Shown here: positions 9,189 to 19,046 of the stretch, one piece after another
Numbering within the stretch: the stretch's first letter is position 1
Layout: each line of letters starts with the position of its first letter
Assembly: GCA_002753735.1 (NCBI GenBank)
Contig: PEAN01000001.1
Coordinates: 17,040-81,039 of the forward strand
Source of the DNA: Magnetococcales bacterium DCbin4
GTDB lineage: Bacteria; Pseudomonadota; Magnetococcia; Magnetococcales; UBA8363
Direction: 5' to 3'
Length of the DNA stretch: 64,000 nt
Translations under genes and position numbers: made by a program
The notes under the pieces: generated by a model
What the model saw: the letters and a program-made list of their open reading frames with translations, nothing else
Database searches by the model: none
What the model was told of the DNA's origin: nothing

Positions 9189-10478
9189 ATGGAAAAGTCG
9201 GTATTGATGATCGCCTATCATTATCCACCCGCCCAAGCCAGTGGTACCCACAGAACCCTTGGATTTTCCAAGCACCTGCCCAGATTTGGTTGGCATCCCC
9301 TGATCCTGTCGGCCCACCCCATGGCCTTCGAACAACGGGATTCCTCCACCTTGAGCCAAACATCCCCGGACATCCCCGTCATCCGTGCCTTCGCCCTGGA
9401 TACCGCACGCCACCTGGCCATCAAAGGCCGTTATGCAAGAATCCTCGCCTTGCCCGACCGCTGGTCGTCATGGTTGTTGAGCGCCATTCCGGCAGGATTG
9501 TGGATGATCCACCGCCATCGACCCAAGGTCATATGGAGTACCTATCCGATTGCCACCTCCCTGATGATCGGACGGATTCTTTCCCGTTGGTCAGGGCTTC
9601 CCTGGATTGTCGATCTGCGCGATCCCATGGTGATCGGTCGGCATCCCGTGGACCCACGGATTCGCAATCTGTTCGTCACCCTTGAAAAAAAAGTGGTGCA
9701 TGAGTGTGACCGGATGGTCGTCACAACCGTTGGCCTCAAAAATCTGATGACCCAAAGATATCCCCAATTGCCCGAAGACAAATGGCAGGTCATCGCCAAT
9801 GGCTACGAGGACGATCTGTTCAACGAACCTGACATCGCCCATGCCATGGCATGTTCCGCTTCCCGTGAGCAACGGAACAATAAAATCACCCTGCTGCACA
9901 GCGGAACCCTTTATACCGGACACGAAGAACGCAATCCGGCAAGCTTTCTCGATGCCCTGGTCGATTTGATCGGGCTGGGGGTCATTCGCCATCCGCATGA
10001 GGTATCGACCTCCGGAATCGATCTTCGGGTGATCTTTCGGGCAACCGGCCATGACGCGGAAATCAATGCCATGATCCGCACTCGCCACCTTGAAGAAATG
10101 GTCCTCCTGCAACCGACCCTTCCCTACAAGGAAAGCCTCATGGAAATGATGACGGTAGAGGGTCTGTTGTTGTTCCAGGGGGCGGCATTCGATCGCATGA
10201 TCCCTGCAAAATTGTTTGAATATCTGCGTTCAGGGCGTCCCGTGTTCGCCTTGGTGGGGGAGGGGGGGGATTCCAGGAAAATACTCGATGATTGTGGTGC
10301 ATCCCATTGTGTCCCCCTGGAAGATCGCGTTGCCATCCGGACAGGACTCGCTTCCTTCCTGAAAGCCTTTGCGGCGGGACACATACTTCAAACACCTTTG
10401 GAACGGGTGCAAAAATATTCCCGGCGTGAAGGGGCCAGGGCGTTGGCCGAGGTGTTGGATCAATTCCAGACCCGTTGA
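9189..10478 (+). CDS. Putative glycosyltransferase (GT-B fold, family 4-like)
   Basis: 429 aa. N-terminus VLMIAYHYPPAQASGTHRTLGFSKHLPRFGWHPLIL is typical of GT4 N-domains. C-terminal FEYLRSGRPV region. GGGAAGGGA Shine-Dalgarno. Confidence 0.55.
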   Translation: MEKSVLMIAYHYPPAQASGTHRTLGFSKHLPRFGWHPLILSAHPMAFEQRDSSTLSQTSPDIPVIRAFALDTARHLAIKGRYARILALPDRWSSWLLSAIPAGLWMIHRHRPKVIWSTYPIATSLMIGRILSRWSGLPWIVDLRDPMVIGRHPVDPRIRNLFVTLEKKVVHECDRMVVTTVGLKNLMTQRYPQLPEDKWQVIANGYEDDLFNEPDIAHAMACSASREQRNNKITLLHSGTLYTGHEERNPASFLDALVDLIGLGVIRHPHEVSTSGIDLRVIFRATGHDAEINAMIRTRHLEEMVLLQPTLPYKESLMEMMTVEGLLLFQGAAFDRMIPAKLFEYLRSGRPVFALVGEGGDSRKILDDCGASHCVPLEDRVAIRTGLASFLKAFAAGHILQTPLERVQKYSRREGARALAEVLDQFQTR

Positions 10479-10496
10479 TTCAACCCCCTTCAATCG

Positions 10497-10928
10497 TCAA
10501 GGGGTCTGGGCGTTGGGACAATGGGGGTTGGTACATTCGACATACAAATAAAGCAGGTGATCAACCAGTTTGAAACCCGCCGCTTCTGCCGCCAGTCTTT
10601 TCCGTTCTTCAAGGATCGGATCGGAAAATTCAAAAATTTTATTACATTGCAGACAGACCATGTGGTCATGGTGTTCCAAGGAGGCGAGTTCATAAATGGC
10701 TTTGCTGTCCTGATACTTGTGCCGTAACAGAATTCCCGCGTGCTCAAACTGGGTCAAAATCCGGTAAATGGTGGCCAGTCCCGTTTCATGTCCTTTTTCC
10801 TCCAACAGACGATGAATTGCTTCAGCAGTCAGGTGTTGGTTTGATTCTTTGGAAAAAAGTTCAAGAATGGTCATACGCGACAACGTAGGTCGCAAACCCG
10901 CATCCTTCAATTCTTTGTATTGACTCAT
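10497..10928 (-). CDS. fur: Ferric uptake regulator, Fur family
   Basis: 143 aa. LRPTLSRMTILELF winged helix, HHDHMVCLQC ... C-terminal CxxxxC. Divergent from feoAB. Confidence 0.9.
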   Translation of the reverse strand: MSQYKELKDAGLRPTLSRMTILELFSKESNQHLTAEAIHRLLEEKGHETGLATIYRILTQFEHAGILLRHKYQDSKAIYELASLEHHDHMVCLQCNKIFEFSDPILEERKRLAAEAAGFKLVDHLLYLYVECTNPHCPNAQTP

Positions 10929-11054
10929 CCATCCTTCCTTAATTGGTCAAACCACCCATATGGGAACCCCCTCGTACCGGATGGATGTGAATATTACAGA
11001 AAGATTCAACCATGAACAATCCCCTTGAGGAAGATGGATCCAAGTGAAACATGC

Positions 11055-11075
11055 ACTTGAGAATCATTCTCGAAA
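11055..11075. promoter_or_regulatory. Fur box upstream of feoA
   Basis: The perfect palindrome GAGAATCATTCTC (11059-11071) matches the GATAATCATTATC core of the Fur consensus at 11/13 positions. It lies 67 nt upstream of the feoA ATG. Confidence 0.6.
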
Positions 11076-11137
11076 CGTGTATCGTTTTTCTACTGAGGAT
11101 CGTTCTTTACTTGAACTGTGGCAAACGGTGAGAAACC

Positions 11138-11368
11138 ATGGAATATCGTCTTGTCGATCTGAAACCCGGGGAAACAGGGAAAATCAAGGGGATCTCGGGA
11201 TCCATCAACAACAAGAGACGGTTGACCGCCATGGGAATCGTCCAGGGAAAGGAAATCACCGTGGAAATGATCGCCCCCATGGGTGACCCGAGAATCTATT
11301 CCGTTTTGGGTTATCGATTGAGCATGCGCAATGAAGATGCCCAAACCATCAGCGTCGTTCGCACATGA
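11138..11368 (+). CDS. feoA: Ferrous iron transport protein A
   Basis: 76-aa SH3-like FeoA (LKPGETGKIKGI...RLTAMGIVQGKEITV). ATGA overlap with feoB. Confidence 0.9.
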   Translation: MEYRLVDLKPGETGKIKGISGSINNKRRLTAMGIVQGKEITVEMIAPMGDPRIYSVLGYRLSMRNEDAQTISVVRT

Positions 11369-13545
11369 ACAAAATCAAAGATGAATTCATTGCCGATCCA
11401 AAGAATGGCGGTTCGCCGATCAAAAAAAAGATTACCGTCGTATTGGTAGGGAATCCCAATTGCGGAAAAACAACGCTGTTGAACCGCTTGACCCATTCCA
11501 AAGAGAGCGTGGGCAACTATCCCCGGGTGACCGTGACTTTGGCACGCAAATCATGTGTTCATGATGGGTTACACATCGAATTAATTGATACACCAGGGAT
11601 TTATGCCCTGACTTCACAATCCGGTGAAGAACGGGAAACACGGGAGTTCATTCATTCAGGACAGGCCGACATCATCGTCAATGTTTTGGATGCCGGCAAT
11701 CTGGAGCGGTCATTGTTTTTGACCTCGCAATTGATTGAAATGGGACTGCCGATGCTGTTCGTATTGAACATGTCGGATGAAGCACATTCCAGGCAGTTGA
11801 CCATCGATCATCATGGACTTTCTTCCATGCTTGGGGGACCGGTATACGAAAGCATTGCCACCCGGGGCGAAGGCATCAAGGCTTTGTTGGATGGCATGGT
11901 TCACATGCATCGTCAAAAGGTTTCCCCTGAACCGGTCTTTCTCCCCTATGATGCCCATTTGGAACGGGCGGTGGAAAAAGTACAACGGTTGGTGTTCGAA
12001 CTGCATCCTGGATCCTTTGATCACAATCAAAGTCGGTGGTTGGCCATCAAACTGTTGGAAGGTGATGATCAGATTCTGGTCCAGGAAGGGGAACATGCCC
12101 ATTTGTTGGAGATGGTGCATCGGCAACGGTATGATCTGGCACGGGATCATGGTGAAGAATGTGAATTTTTATTCGCAGCGGCACGCTATGGGTTTGTCCA
12201 TGGAATGGTGACCGAGGCAGTCCATGCGCCAAAAACTGCGACCGGTTTTCTGGATTGGACCAACCGGCTGGATCGAATTTTTTTGCACCGGTTTCTCGGT
12301 ATTCCCCTTTTGTTGGGATTGCTTTGGATCATGTTTCAATCCACTTTTTCCTTGGGGGAAATCCCCATGGGGTGGATCGAGGCGGGGGTGGGATGGATTT
12401 CGGCGACGGTTGCCAGTCATATTCCGGCAGGTCTGGTCCATGATTTGGTGATTGATGGTATCATTGCCGGAGTGGGTGGCACCCTCGTGTTTTTGCCCAA
12501 TATCATCATTCTGTTTTTTTTCATGGCCTTGTTCAGCGAGACCGGTTACCTGGCCCGTGCCGCTTTTCTCATGGATCGCTCCATGCATGCCTTCGGTCTT
12601 CATGGCAAGGCTCTGATTCCATTGATCATGGGTTTTGGCTGCAATGTACCCGCGGTGATGGCAACGCGGACCATCGAAGATCATCGCTCACGGATGATCA
12701 CCATTCTGGTCAGTCCCTTCATGCTGTGTTCCGCAAGATTGCCGGTATTCATTCTTTTTGCCGGGGCTTTTTTTGGTGAACAGGCGGGCTTGATGGTCTT
12801 GTTGATGTATTTTTTGAGCATCGTCATCGCCATGGTGGCGGCGGTTGTGCTCAATCGTTTGATTTTGCGTCGCGATGAAAATCCGTTTGTCATGGAACTG
12901 CCCCCCTATCGTTTGCCGACCTTGCGCGCGGTCATGATTCACATGGGGGATCGGGTGGCTGGTTTTCTGCAAAAGGTTGCCGGAGTGATTTTGGTTGGCT
13001 CCATCGTCATCTGGTATTTGCAGGCGTTTCCCCGGCATGAAATTTTGAACCATGACTATGATGCCGAAATTGCCCGGTTCCAACACATGCCCGAGGCGGT
13101 CATGTATCATGAAACCATCAATGCATTGAAAATGAAGAAATCACAGGAAGAATTGGAACAAAGCTATCTCGGGCGGATCGCTCAAGCCATTGCTCCTGTT
13201 TTTTCTCCGTTGCATTTCACCTGGAAGGATACCGTGGCGGTTTTGACCGGTTTTGTTGCCAAGGAGGTGGTGGTGGCCAGTTATGCGGTACTTTATGCCC
13301 AAAACGACGGGGTGAAGGAACGTTCTGAATCTTTGCGCCGCGCATTGTCGACCACCATGACCCCCTGGGAAGCATTTACATTCATGGTGTTCGCCTTATT
13401 GTATGCCCCCTGCCTGGGAACCATTGCCACCATCCGCAAAGAGGCGGGCGGATGGATCTGGGCAGGATACAGTGTGGTATTTTCTTTGACCTTGGCGTAC
13501 AGCCTTTCGTTGAGTGTCATCTGGATCGGGGGGATGGTGTCATGA
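11365..13545 (+). CDS. feoB: Ferrous iron transporter FeoB
   Basis: 726 aa. N-terminal G-domain GNPNCGKTTLLN / DTPG, followed by a polytopic membrane domain. Confidence 0.95.
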   Translation: MNKIKDEFIADPKNGGSPIKKKITVVLVGNPNCGKTTLLNRLTHSKESVGNYPRVTVTLARKSCVHDGLHIELIDTPGIYALTSQSGEERETREFIHSGQADIIVNVLDAGNLERSLFLTSQLIEMGLPMLFVLNMSDEAHSRQLTIDHHGLSSMLGGPVYESIATRGEGIKALLDGMVHMHRQKVSPEPVFLPYDAHLERAVEKVQRLVFELHPGSFDHNQSRWLAIKLLEGDDQILVQEGEHAHLLEMVHRQRYDLARDHGEECEFLFAAARYGFVHGMVTEAVHAPKTATGFLDWTNRLDRIFLHRFLGIPLLLGLLWIMFQSTFSLGEIPMGWIEAGVGWISATVASHIPAGLVHDLVIDGIIAGVGGTLVFLPNIIILFFFMALFSETGYLARAAFLMDRSMHAFGLHGKALIPLIMGFGCNVPAVMATRTIEDHRSRMITILVSPFMLCSARLPVFILFAGAFFGEQAGLMVLLMYFLSIVIAMVAAVVLNRLILRRDENPFVMELPPYRLPTLRAVMIHMGDRVAGFLQKVAGVILVGSIVIWYLQAFPRHEILNHDYDAEIARFQHMPEAVMYHETINALKMKKSQEELEQSYLGRIAQAIAPVFSPLHFTWKDTVAVLTGFVAKEVVVASYAVLYAQNDGVKERSESLRRALSTTMTPWEAFTFMVFALLYAPCLGTIATIRKEAGGWIWAGYSVVFSLTLAYSLSLSVIWIGGMVS

Positions 13546-13730
13546 GTTGGGCATCGTGGTGGGAACCATTGATCTTGACGGTCGTGTTGTGTGTGACCTT
13601 GGTGTTTATTGGTCGTCGGTTATGGCGGCTGTTCTTTTCGGTGCAGGCTTCGGGGTGTGGGTGTGCGGAAAAGTCTTCCTGCCTCAGTTGTGTGCCGGAG
13701 GAGATGATCAAGAAAAAAAAGGGGTCTTAA
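13542..13730 (+). CDS. FeoB-associated Cys-rich small membrane protein
   Basis: 62 aa, with an ATGA overlap with the feoB stop. One TM helix, then GCGCAEKSSCLSC. The last 6 codons and the stop lie inside MITE copy B. Confidence 0.6.
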   Translation: MSWASWWEPLILTVVLCVTLVFIGRRLWRLFFSVQASGCGCAEKSSCLSCVPEEMIKKKKGS

Positions 13731-13852
13731 AGGATTGCCCCCAGGGTTTCGACTTAAAAAACAAAGTCAAAAGCAGCGCATGGAAACCTTTTTGTTTTAA
13801 TTCAAAAACAAAGTCAACACCCTGGGGGCAGTCCCCCAGACCCCTTTTTTTT
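13713..13852. mobile_element. MITE-like inverted-repeat element, copy B (140 bp)
   Basis: Same termini as copy A. The internal core AAAACAAAGTCAAAAGC..GCATGGAAACCTTTTTGTTT is shared with copies D and F. Lies between the convergent feo and arg operons. Confidence 0.65.
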
Positions 13853-13890
13853 CTCAATAATTTCAATGCAAATGGGGTGCTGAACAGTTA

Positions 13891-15288
13891 TTATTTTTCT
13901 AAAGTCTCGAACGCGGTACGCAAAGCTTTTTGTACCTCCACAAAGGCGGTTCCCCCCGGAGACCTGCGGGCATTGACCGAAGCTTCCACCTGTAGAACCG
14001 CATGAACGTCTTCCTCGATTCGGCCATCGACTTGTTTCATGGTGGCCAAAGGCAAGGTTGCCAGGGTCTGTTGTTCTTCGACACAGATGCGCACGATCCG
14101 CCCGGTGATCTCATGAGCCTCACGAAAAGGGACCCCTTTTCGGACCAGATAATCGGCCAGGTCGGTGGCCGTGGTAAATCCCGCTGCCGCCGCTGCCGCC
14201 ATCTTGTCCTTGCGGATCTGCAAACCGGGGATCAAATCGGCAAACAGGCGTAACGACCCCGTTACCGTGTCCACGACATCGAAAATCGGTTCCTTGTCTT
14301 CCTGCATGTCGCGATTGTACGCCAATGGCAATCCCTTCATCATCATGAGCAATGCCATCAAATGTCCCGTCACCCGGCCACTTTTACCCCGGACCAGCTC
14401 TGGAACGTCAGGGTTTTTTTTCTGCGGCATGATCGATGAACCGGTGCAAAAGGCATCCGGCAATTCGATGAAACCAAAGGTGCTGGAAGACCAAAGGATC
14501 AATTCTTCGGAAAAACGCGACAAATGACCCATGATCACGGATCCGGCGAAGGCAAGTTCCAGGACGAAATCCCGATCCGATACCGCATCCATGGAGTTGC
14601 GGCATACCCCGTCAAACCCGAGTTCCCGGGCGACCCATTCCCGGTCCACCGGAAACGGGGTCCCTGCCAGTGCCGCCGATCCCAATGGCAATTGGTTGAG
14701 GCGGGGACGTAACCCCACCAATCGTTCCCGATCACGGCCAAACATTTCAAAATAGGCGAGCAGATGATGTGCCAAGCGTACCGGCTGGGCATTTTGCAGG
14801 TGGGTGAACCCCGGAAGGATGGTTTCGACATGGTGTCCGGCAAGATCCAAAAGGCTGTGTTGCACCGCCAGGATCGCCTGGATCATCTCATCAACCTCGC
14901 CGCGCAGGTAAAGTCTGAGATCGGTGGCGACCTGATCGTTGCGGGAGCGCGCCGTATGCAACTTGCCCGCCACCGGCCCGATCAATTCCGTGAGCCGGTG
15001 TTCCACATGCATGTGGATGTCTTCCAGGGCCGTGCGGAACGTCATCGTTCCCGCTTCCAGTTCTCCCTTGATCTGTTCAAGTCCCTCAAGAATCTTCAGG
15101 GCATCTTCCCGGGGGATGATCCCCTGACGTGCCAGCATGCGGCAATGGACCGATGAGGCCCGAATATCCTCGCGAAACAGACGGCGATCATAATGGATCG
15201 ATGCGGTGAACCGTTCCACGAAGGCATTGGTGGGTTCACGAAAACGCCCTCCCCACAATTTGCCATGGGCGCCGCGGGCGGTGGTCAT
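13891..15288 (-). CDS. argH: Argininosuccinate lyase
   Basis: Start reset to [16 protein letters not shown] (ATG 15288-15286). [12 protein letters not shown] signature. ATGA overlap with the argG stop. Confidence 0.95.
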   Translation of the reverse strand: MTTARGAHGKLWGGRFREPTNAFVERFTASIHYDRRLFREDIRASSVHCRMLARQGIIPREDALKILEGLEQIKGELEAGTMTFRTALEDIHMHVEHRLTELIGPVAGKLHTARSRNDQVATDLRLYLRGEVDEMIQAILAVQHSLLDLAGHHVETILPGFTHLQNAQPVRLAHHLLAYFEMFGRDRERLVGLRPRLNQLPLGSAALAGTPFPVDREWVARELGFDGVCRNSMDAVSDRDFVLELAFAGSVIMGHLSRFSEELILWSSSTFGFIELPDAFCTGSSIMPQKKNPDVPELVRGKSGRVTGHLMALLMMMKGLPLAYNRDMQEDKEPIFDVVDTVTGSLRLFADLIPGLQIRKDKMAAAAAAGFTTATDLADYLVRKGVPFREAHEITGRIVRICVEEQQTLATLPLATMKQVDGRIEEDVHAVLQVEASVNARRSPGGTAFVEVQKALRTAFETLEK

Positions 15289-16502
15289 GAATGTTTCCTC
15301 AAATTGGCGGCGATCCGCATCCGCAGGGCATTGAGTTTGATGAATCCGTTGGCGTCGCCCTGATGATAGGCCCCTTTGTCCTCGTCGAAGGTGGCAATCG
15401 CCGGGTCGAACAGACTGACCTTCGATTTGCGTCCCACAACCGTGACATTGCCTTTGTACAGTTTCAACCGCACGACCCCGTTGACCATCACCTGGGAGGC
15501 ATCGATCATCGTTTGGATCATCTGCCGTTCGGGGGAGAACCAATAGCCATTGTAGATCAGAGCGGCATAACGCGGTGCCAGTTCATCCTTGAGATGGGCG
15601 ACCTCCCGGTCCAGGGTCAACGATTCCATCGCCCGATGGGCGATTCCGAGGATGGTCCCCCCCGGGGTTTCATAAACCCCCCGTGATTTCATTCCCACAT
15701 ACCGGTTTTCCACCAGATCCAGACGACCGACACCATTGATGCCACCCAGTTGGTTGAGTCGGGTCAGAAGATTGGCCGGGGACATCGATTCACCATCGAT
15801 GGCCACCAGATCTCCTTTGACAAATTCCAGTTCTACATAAGTGGCTTTGTCGGGGGCCTTTTCCGGGGAGACCGTCAGGAGGTACATCTCTTCATCCGGT
15901 TCCCGCCAGGGATCTTCCAAAATTTTTCCTTCAAAGGAAAGATGCAGCAGATTGCGGTCCATGGAGTAGGGGGCATCCCCTTTCTTGTCCCGGGGGACTG
16001 AAATGCCATGGGCTTCGGCATAGGCGACCAGTTTGTCCCGACTGGTCAGATCCCATTCCCGCCAGGGGGCGATGACCCGAATCTCGGGTTTCAAGGCATA
16101 ATAGCCCAGTTCAAACCGGACCTGATCGTTCCCTTTACCGGTGGCCCCGTGGGAAACGGCATCTGCCCGGGTCAGGTTGGCGATTTCAATCTGGCGCTTG
16201 GCGATCAGGGGACGGGCGATGGAGGTTCCCAGGTGATAGACCCCTTCATACAGGGCATTGGCCCGATACATGGGGAACACGAAATCGCGGACGAATTCCT
16301 CCTTGAGGTCATCGACGAAAATTTCCCGGACCCCATGTTGTTTGGCCTTGGCACGCGCCTCTTCGAGTTCATCACCCTGACCGAGGTCGGCGGAAAAGGT
16401 GACCACCTCGCATTGATAGGTATCCTGCAACCATTTCAGGATAATGGAGGTATCCAGTCCGCCCGAGTAGGCGAGGACCACTTTTTTTACACGCTCGGTC
16501 AT
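15285..16502 (-). CDS. argG: Argininosuccinate synthase
   Basis: 405 aa. [10 protein letters not shown]-loop and the [13 protein letters not shown] motif. Confidence 0.95.
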   Translation of the reverse strand: MTERVKKVVLAYSGGLDTSIILKWLQDTYQCEVVTFSADLGQGDELEEARAKAKQHGVREIFVDDLKEEFVRDFVFPMYRANALYEGVYHLGTSIARPLIAKRQIEIANLTRADAVSHGATGKGNDQVRFELGYYALKPEIRVIAPWREWDLTSRDKLVAYAEAHGISVPRDKKGDAPYSMDRNLLHLSFEGKILEDPWREPDEEMYLLTVSPEKAPDKATYVELEFVKGDLVAIDGESMSPANLLTRLNQLGGINGVGRLDLVENRYVGMKSRGVYETPGGTILGIAHRAMESLTLDREVAHLKDELAPRYAALIYNGYWFSPERQMIQTMIDASQVMVNGVVRLKLYKGNVTVVGRKSKVSLFDPAIATFDEDKGAYHQGDANGFIKLNALRMRIAANLRKHS

Positions 16503-16541
16503 GTTGCGCTCCCGACGGATGAGGGGTGTGACATTATTAAT

Positions 16542-16583
16542 AAAAAAAAGGGGTCTGGGGGCAATCCCTTAAGACCCTTTTTT
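16542..16583. repeat. Collapsed 42-bp member of the MITE-like family (hairpin only), inside the arg operon
   Basis: A8-GGGGTCTGGGGGCAATCCCTTAAGACCC-T6 between the argF stop (16615) and the argG start (16502). Confidence 0.6.
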
Positions 16584-16614
16584 ATTCTTGATCATCATCG
16601 ATATCGACACGATT

Positions 16615-17565
16615 TCAGATACGTCCAAGCATCAACCATTCAAGGATGGCCTTTTGTACATGCAGTCGGTTTTCCGCCTCATCCCACACCACCGAATGTT
16701 CACCATCCAACACCTCGGAGGTGACCTCCTCTTCCCGGTGGGCCGGCAGGCAATGCATGAACAGGGCATCTTTTTTCGCTAGACGCATCAGGGACATGTC
16801 CACCTGGAAACCATGAAAGGCCCGCAAACGCCGTTGCCGCTCCTGTTCCTGTCCCATCGAGATCCAGGTATCGGTGATGACCAAGTCGGCATCCACTACC
16901 GCTTCACGGGGATCGCGTGTCAGGGTGATCGTACCGACCTTCTCCGGTTGTTGTTGTGCCAGGTTCAATACCCGGGGGTCGGGATCATAGTTGACCGGAC
17001 AAGCCAGGACCAGGTGACATCCAACCTTGGTGCTGGCAAGGATCCATGAATGAGCCATGTTGTTGCCATCGCCGATGAATGCGACCTTGCATCCTGCGAG
17101 TGAACCCCGTTTTTCTTCGTAGGTGAACAGATCGGTCAGGATTTGACATGGGTGGAAATGATCGGACAATCCATTGATGACCGGAACGGTGGCGTATTGT
17201 GCCAGGGTGACCGCATTTTCATGGGCAAAGGTGCGGATCATCAGGGCATCCAGATAACGCGACAACACCCGCGCACTGTCGGAGATGCTTTCACCCCGTC
17301 CCAGTTGAATTTCCTTGGAGGAGAGAAACAGGGCATGACCTCCCAACTGATACATCCCCACCTCGAAGGAAACCCGCGTTCGAGTCGAAGGTTTTTCGAA
17401 GAGCATTCCCAAAGTCCGCCCTGCAAGGGTTTGGGAGGTATGGCCCTCTTTGAGGGATTGCTTGAGTTCGGTGGCTCGCGAAAACAACATCGCGATTTCC
17501 GCAACATCAAGATCGAGAAGGGAAAGAAGATCCCGTTTTTTCTTTGGTGTGGGAGTCATGTTCAA
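16615..17565 (-). CDS. argF: Ornithine carbamoyltransferase
   Basis: STRTRVSFE, DHFHPCQ and HCLPAHREEE motifs. 316 aa. Confidence 0.93.
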   Translation of the reverse strand: MNMTPTPKKKRDLLSLLDLDVAEIAMLFSRATELKQSLKEGHTSQTLAGRTLGMLFEKPSTRTRVSFEVGMYQLGGHALFLSSKEIQLGRGESISDSARVLSRYLDALMIRTFAHENAVTLAQYATVPVINGLSDHFHPCQILTDLFTYEEKRGSLAGCKVAFIGDGNNMAHSWILASTKVGCHLVLACPVNYDPDPRVLNLAQQQPEKVGTITLTRDPREAVVDADLVITDTWISMGQEQERQRRLRAFHGFQVDMSLMRLAKKDALFMHCLPAHREEEVTSEVLDGEHSVVWDEAENRLHVQKAILEWLMLGRI

Positions 17566-18734
17566 AACAGATCGTTCAAGACATCGCCGAAGATGGTCAA
17601 AGCTCTGTCGATGTCTTCCCGTTCAACGATCAGTGGGGGCAACATGCGAACGATGGTACCCATTTGACAGCTGACCAGAAGACCGCGCGACAGACAGATA
17701 CTGACCGTTTCTTCAGCAGGTGAGTTGAGTTGGATGCCCGCCATCAACCCGCAACCGCGCGTGTCGATGACCATTTTGTGTTTTGCGGTGATATGTTTGA
17801 GACCTTGAAGCAGGTATTCGCCCTTGGCGGTGACTGATTGGAGGAATCCGTCGCTGCCGATGACCGAAAGCGTGGCCAGGGCAGCGGAACAGGCCAGGGG
17901 ATTGCCACCGAAGGTGGAACCATGGGAACCGGGACTGAAGGCGGTGGCGACCTTGGCCGTTGTCAGACAGGCCCCCATGGGGATGCCTGAAGCCAATGCC
18001 TTGGCTGAAGTCATGATGTCAGGGGTGATGCCGCTATGTTGATGGCACCAGAAACGACCGGTCCGTCCCATACCGGTCTGGACTTCATCGAAGATCAGCA
18101 ACAGGTCATGACGGTCAGCGATGTCGCGCAGGGCGGGGAGATAGTCCGGGTCGGGAATGACGACTCCCGATTCACCCTGAATGGGTTCAACCAGGATGGC
18201 CGCCGTGTGTTCACCCACCGCCTGTTCGACCGCCTGGGCATTGTTGAACGGGACATATTTGAACCCGGAGGGCAAGGGGGCGAATCCCCGTTGCACCTTG
18301 TCCTGGGCGGTGGCGGTGAGGGTGGCCAGGGTGCGGCCATGAAACCCGTTGTTGGCGGTGATGATTTCATAACGGTGGCTTTGCTTGCGTTCATGCATGG
18401 TTTTGCGGGCAAGCTTGATGGCCGCCTCATTGGCTTCGGCACCGCTGTTGCAGAAAAACACCTGTTCGGCGAAGCAGGATTCGGTCAATGCCTTGGCCAC
18501 CTCTTCCTGCAAGGGAATGCGGTAAAGATTGCAGGTATGGATCAGTTGTCCCACCTGTTCGCGGATGGCGGCCACGACCTTGGGGTGGCAATGTCCAAGG
18601 TTGTTGACGCCGATGCCAGAGAGAAAATCCAGATAGGACTTTCCTTGATCGTCCCACAAGGTGACCCCTTCACCACGCACGAATGTGACGGGGAAACGGG
18701 AATAGCTGGGGATGACATGGGGCATCTTGATCAT
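17562..18734 (-). CDS. argD: Acetylornithine aminotransferase
   Basis: Class-III aminotransferase. LIFDEVQTGMGRTG and the TSAKALASG PLP-lysine region. ATGA overlap with argF. Confidence 0.9.
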   Translation of the reverse strand: MIKMPHVIPSYSRFPVTFVRGEGVTLWDDQGKSYLDFLSGIGVNNLGHCHPKVVAAIREQVGQLIHTCNLYRIPLQEEVAKALTESCFAEQVFFCNSGAEANEAAIKLARKTMHERKQSHRYEIITANNGFHGRTLATLTATAQDKVQRGFAPLPSGFKYVPFNNAQAVEQAVGEHTAAILVEPIQGESGVVIPDPDYLPALRDIADRHDLLLIFDEVQTGMGRTGRFWCHQHSGITPDIMTSAKALASGIPMGACLTTAKVATAFSPGSHGSTFGGNPLACSAALATLSVIGSDGFLQSVTAKGEYLLQGLKHITAKHKMVIDTRGCGLMAGIQLNSPAEETVSICLSRGLLVSCQMGTIVRMLPPLIVEREDIDRALTIFGDVLNDLF

Positions 18735-19046
18735 TGGGAACCTGTCGTGTTCTATCTAAAACGTTCAAAAATTTCTTTTATATCCTCTCAAACAAGATCC
18801 ATGCAAGGACAAAATCATGAGATGGGTAAATCTATTCCAGAAAAAATCGGGTTGAAGTGGGGAACGGATCAAAGCGGGCTTCTTTTTTGTTGCGTCTGCT
18901 GTTTCGGCAATTTTATTGCTTGTCCTATCGGCAACCGCTGTTGCACCCCTTTTGATGAAGGGATCGTTTCGGGTCGGTCAGTGCGGTTTTTTTGGAATCG
19001 ACAGGCTTCAGGATGCAAAACAGCCCGCTTTGCGAGGTGTCAAAAC

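Noticed and set aside
8995-9363. ORFs running through the repeat elements that yield recurring peptides (KKKGSQGIAPRVL, PWGQSPRPLFF), for example 8986..9207, 13514..14005, 26969..27208 and 35969..36256.
   Set aside because: The similarity arises only because the same DNA repeat is translated in both orientations. The frames differ between copies and are interrupted.
10483-10505. Hairpin CCCCTT-caatcgtc-AAGGGG, followed by GGGGTCTGGG resembling the repeat terminus.
   Set aside because: It overlaps the fur 3' coding end, has no A-run or T-run, and lacks the rest of the element. It is a chance match to a 10-mer.
13891-15543. The 550-aa version of argH. Similar N-terminal extensions occur in ORFs 18036..20087, 6978..7742, 7439..8518, 49234..50355, 51408..53333 and 25092..27125.
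   Set aside because: The extensions overlap the upstream gene in another frame or run antisense through it. Conserved N-termini and ATGA or Shine-Dalgarno contexts place the real starts internally, and the feature coordinates were adjusted accordingly.
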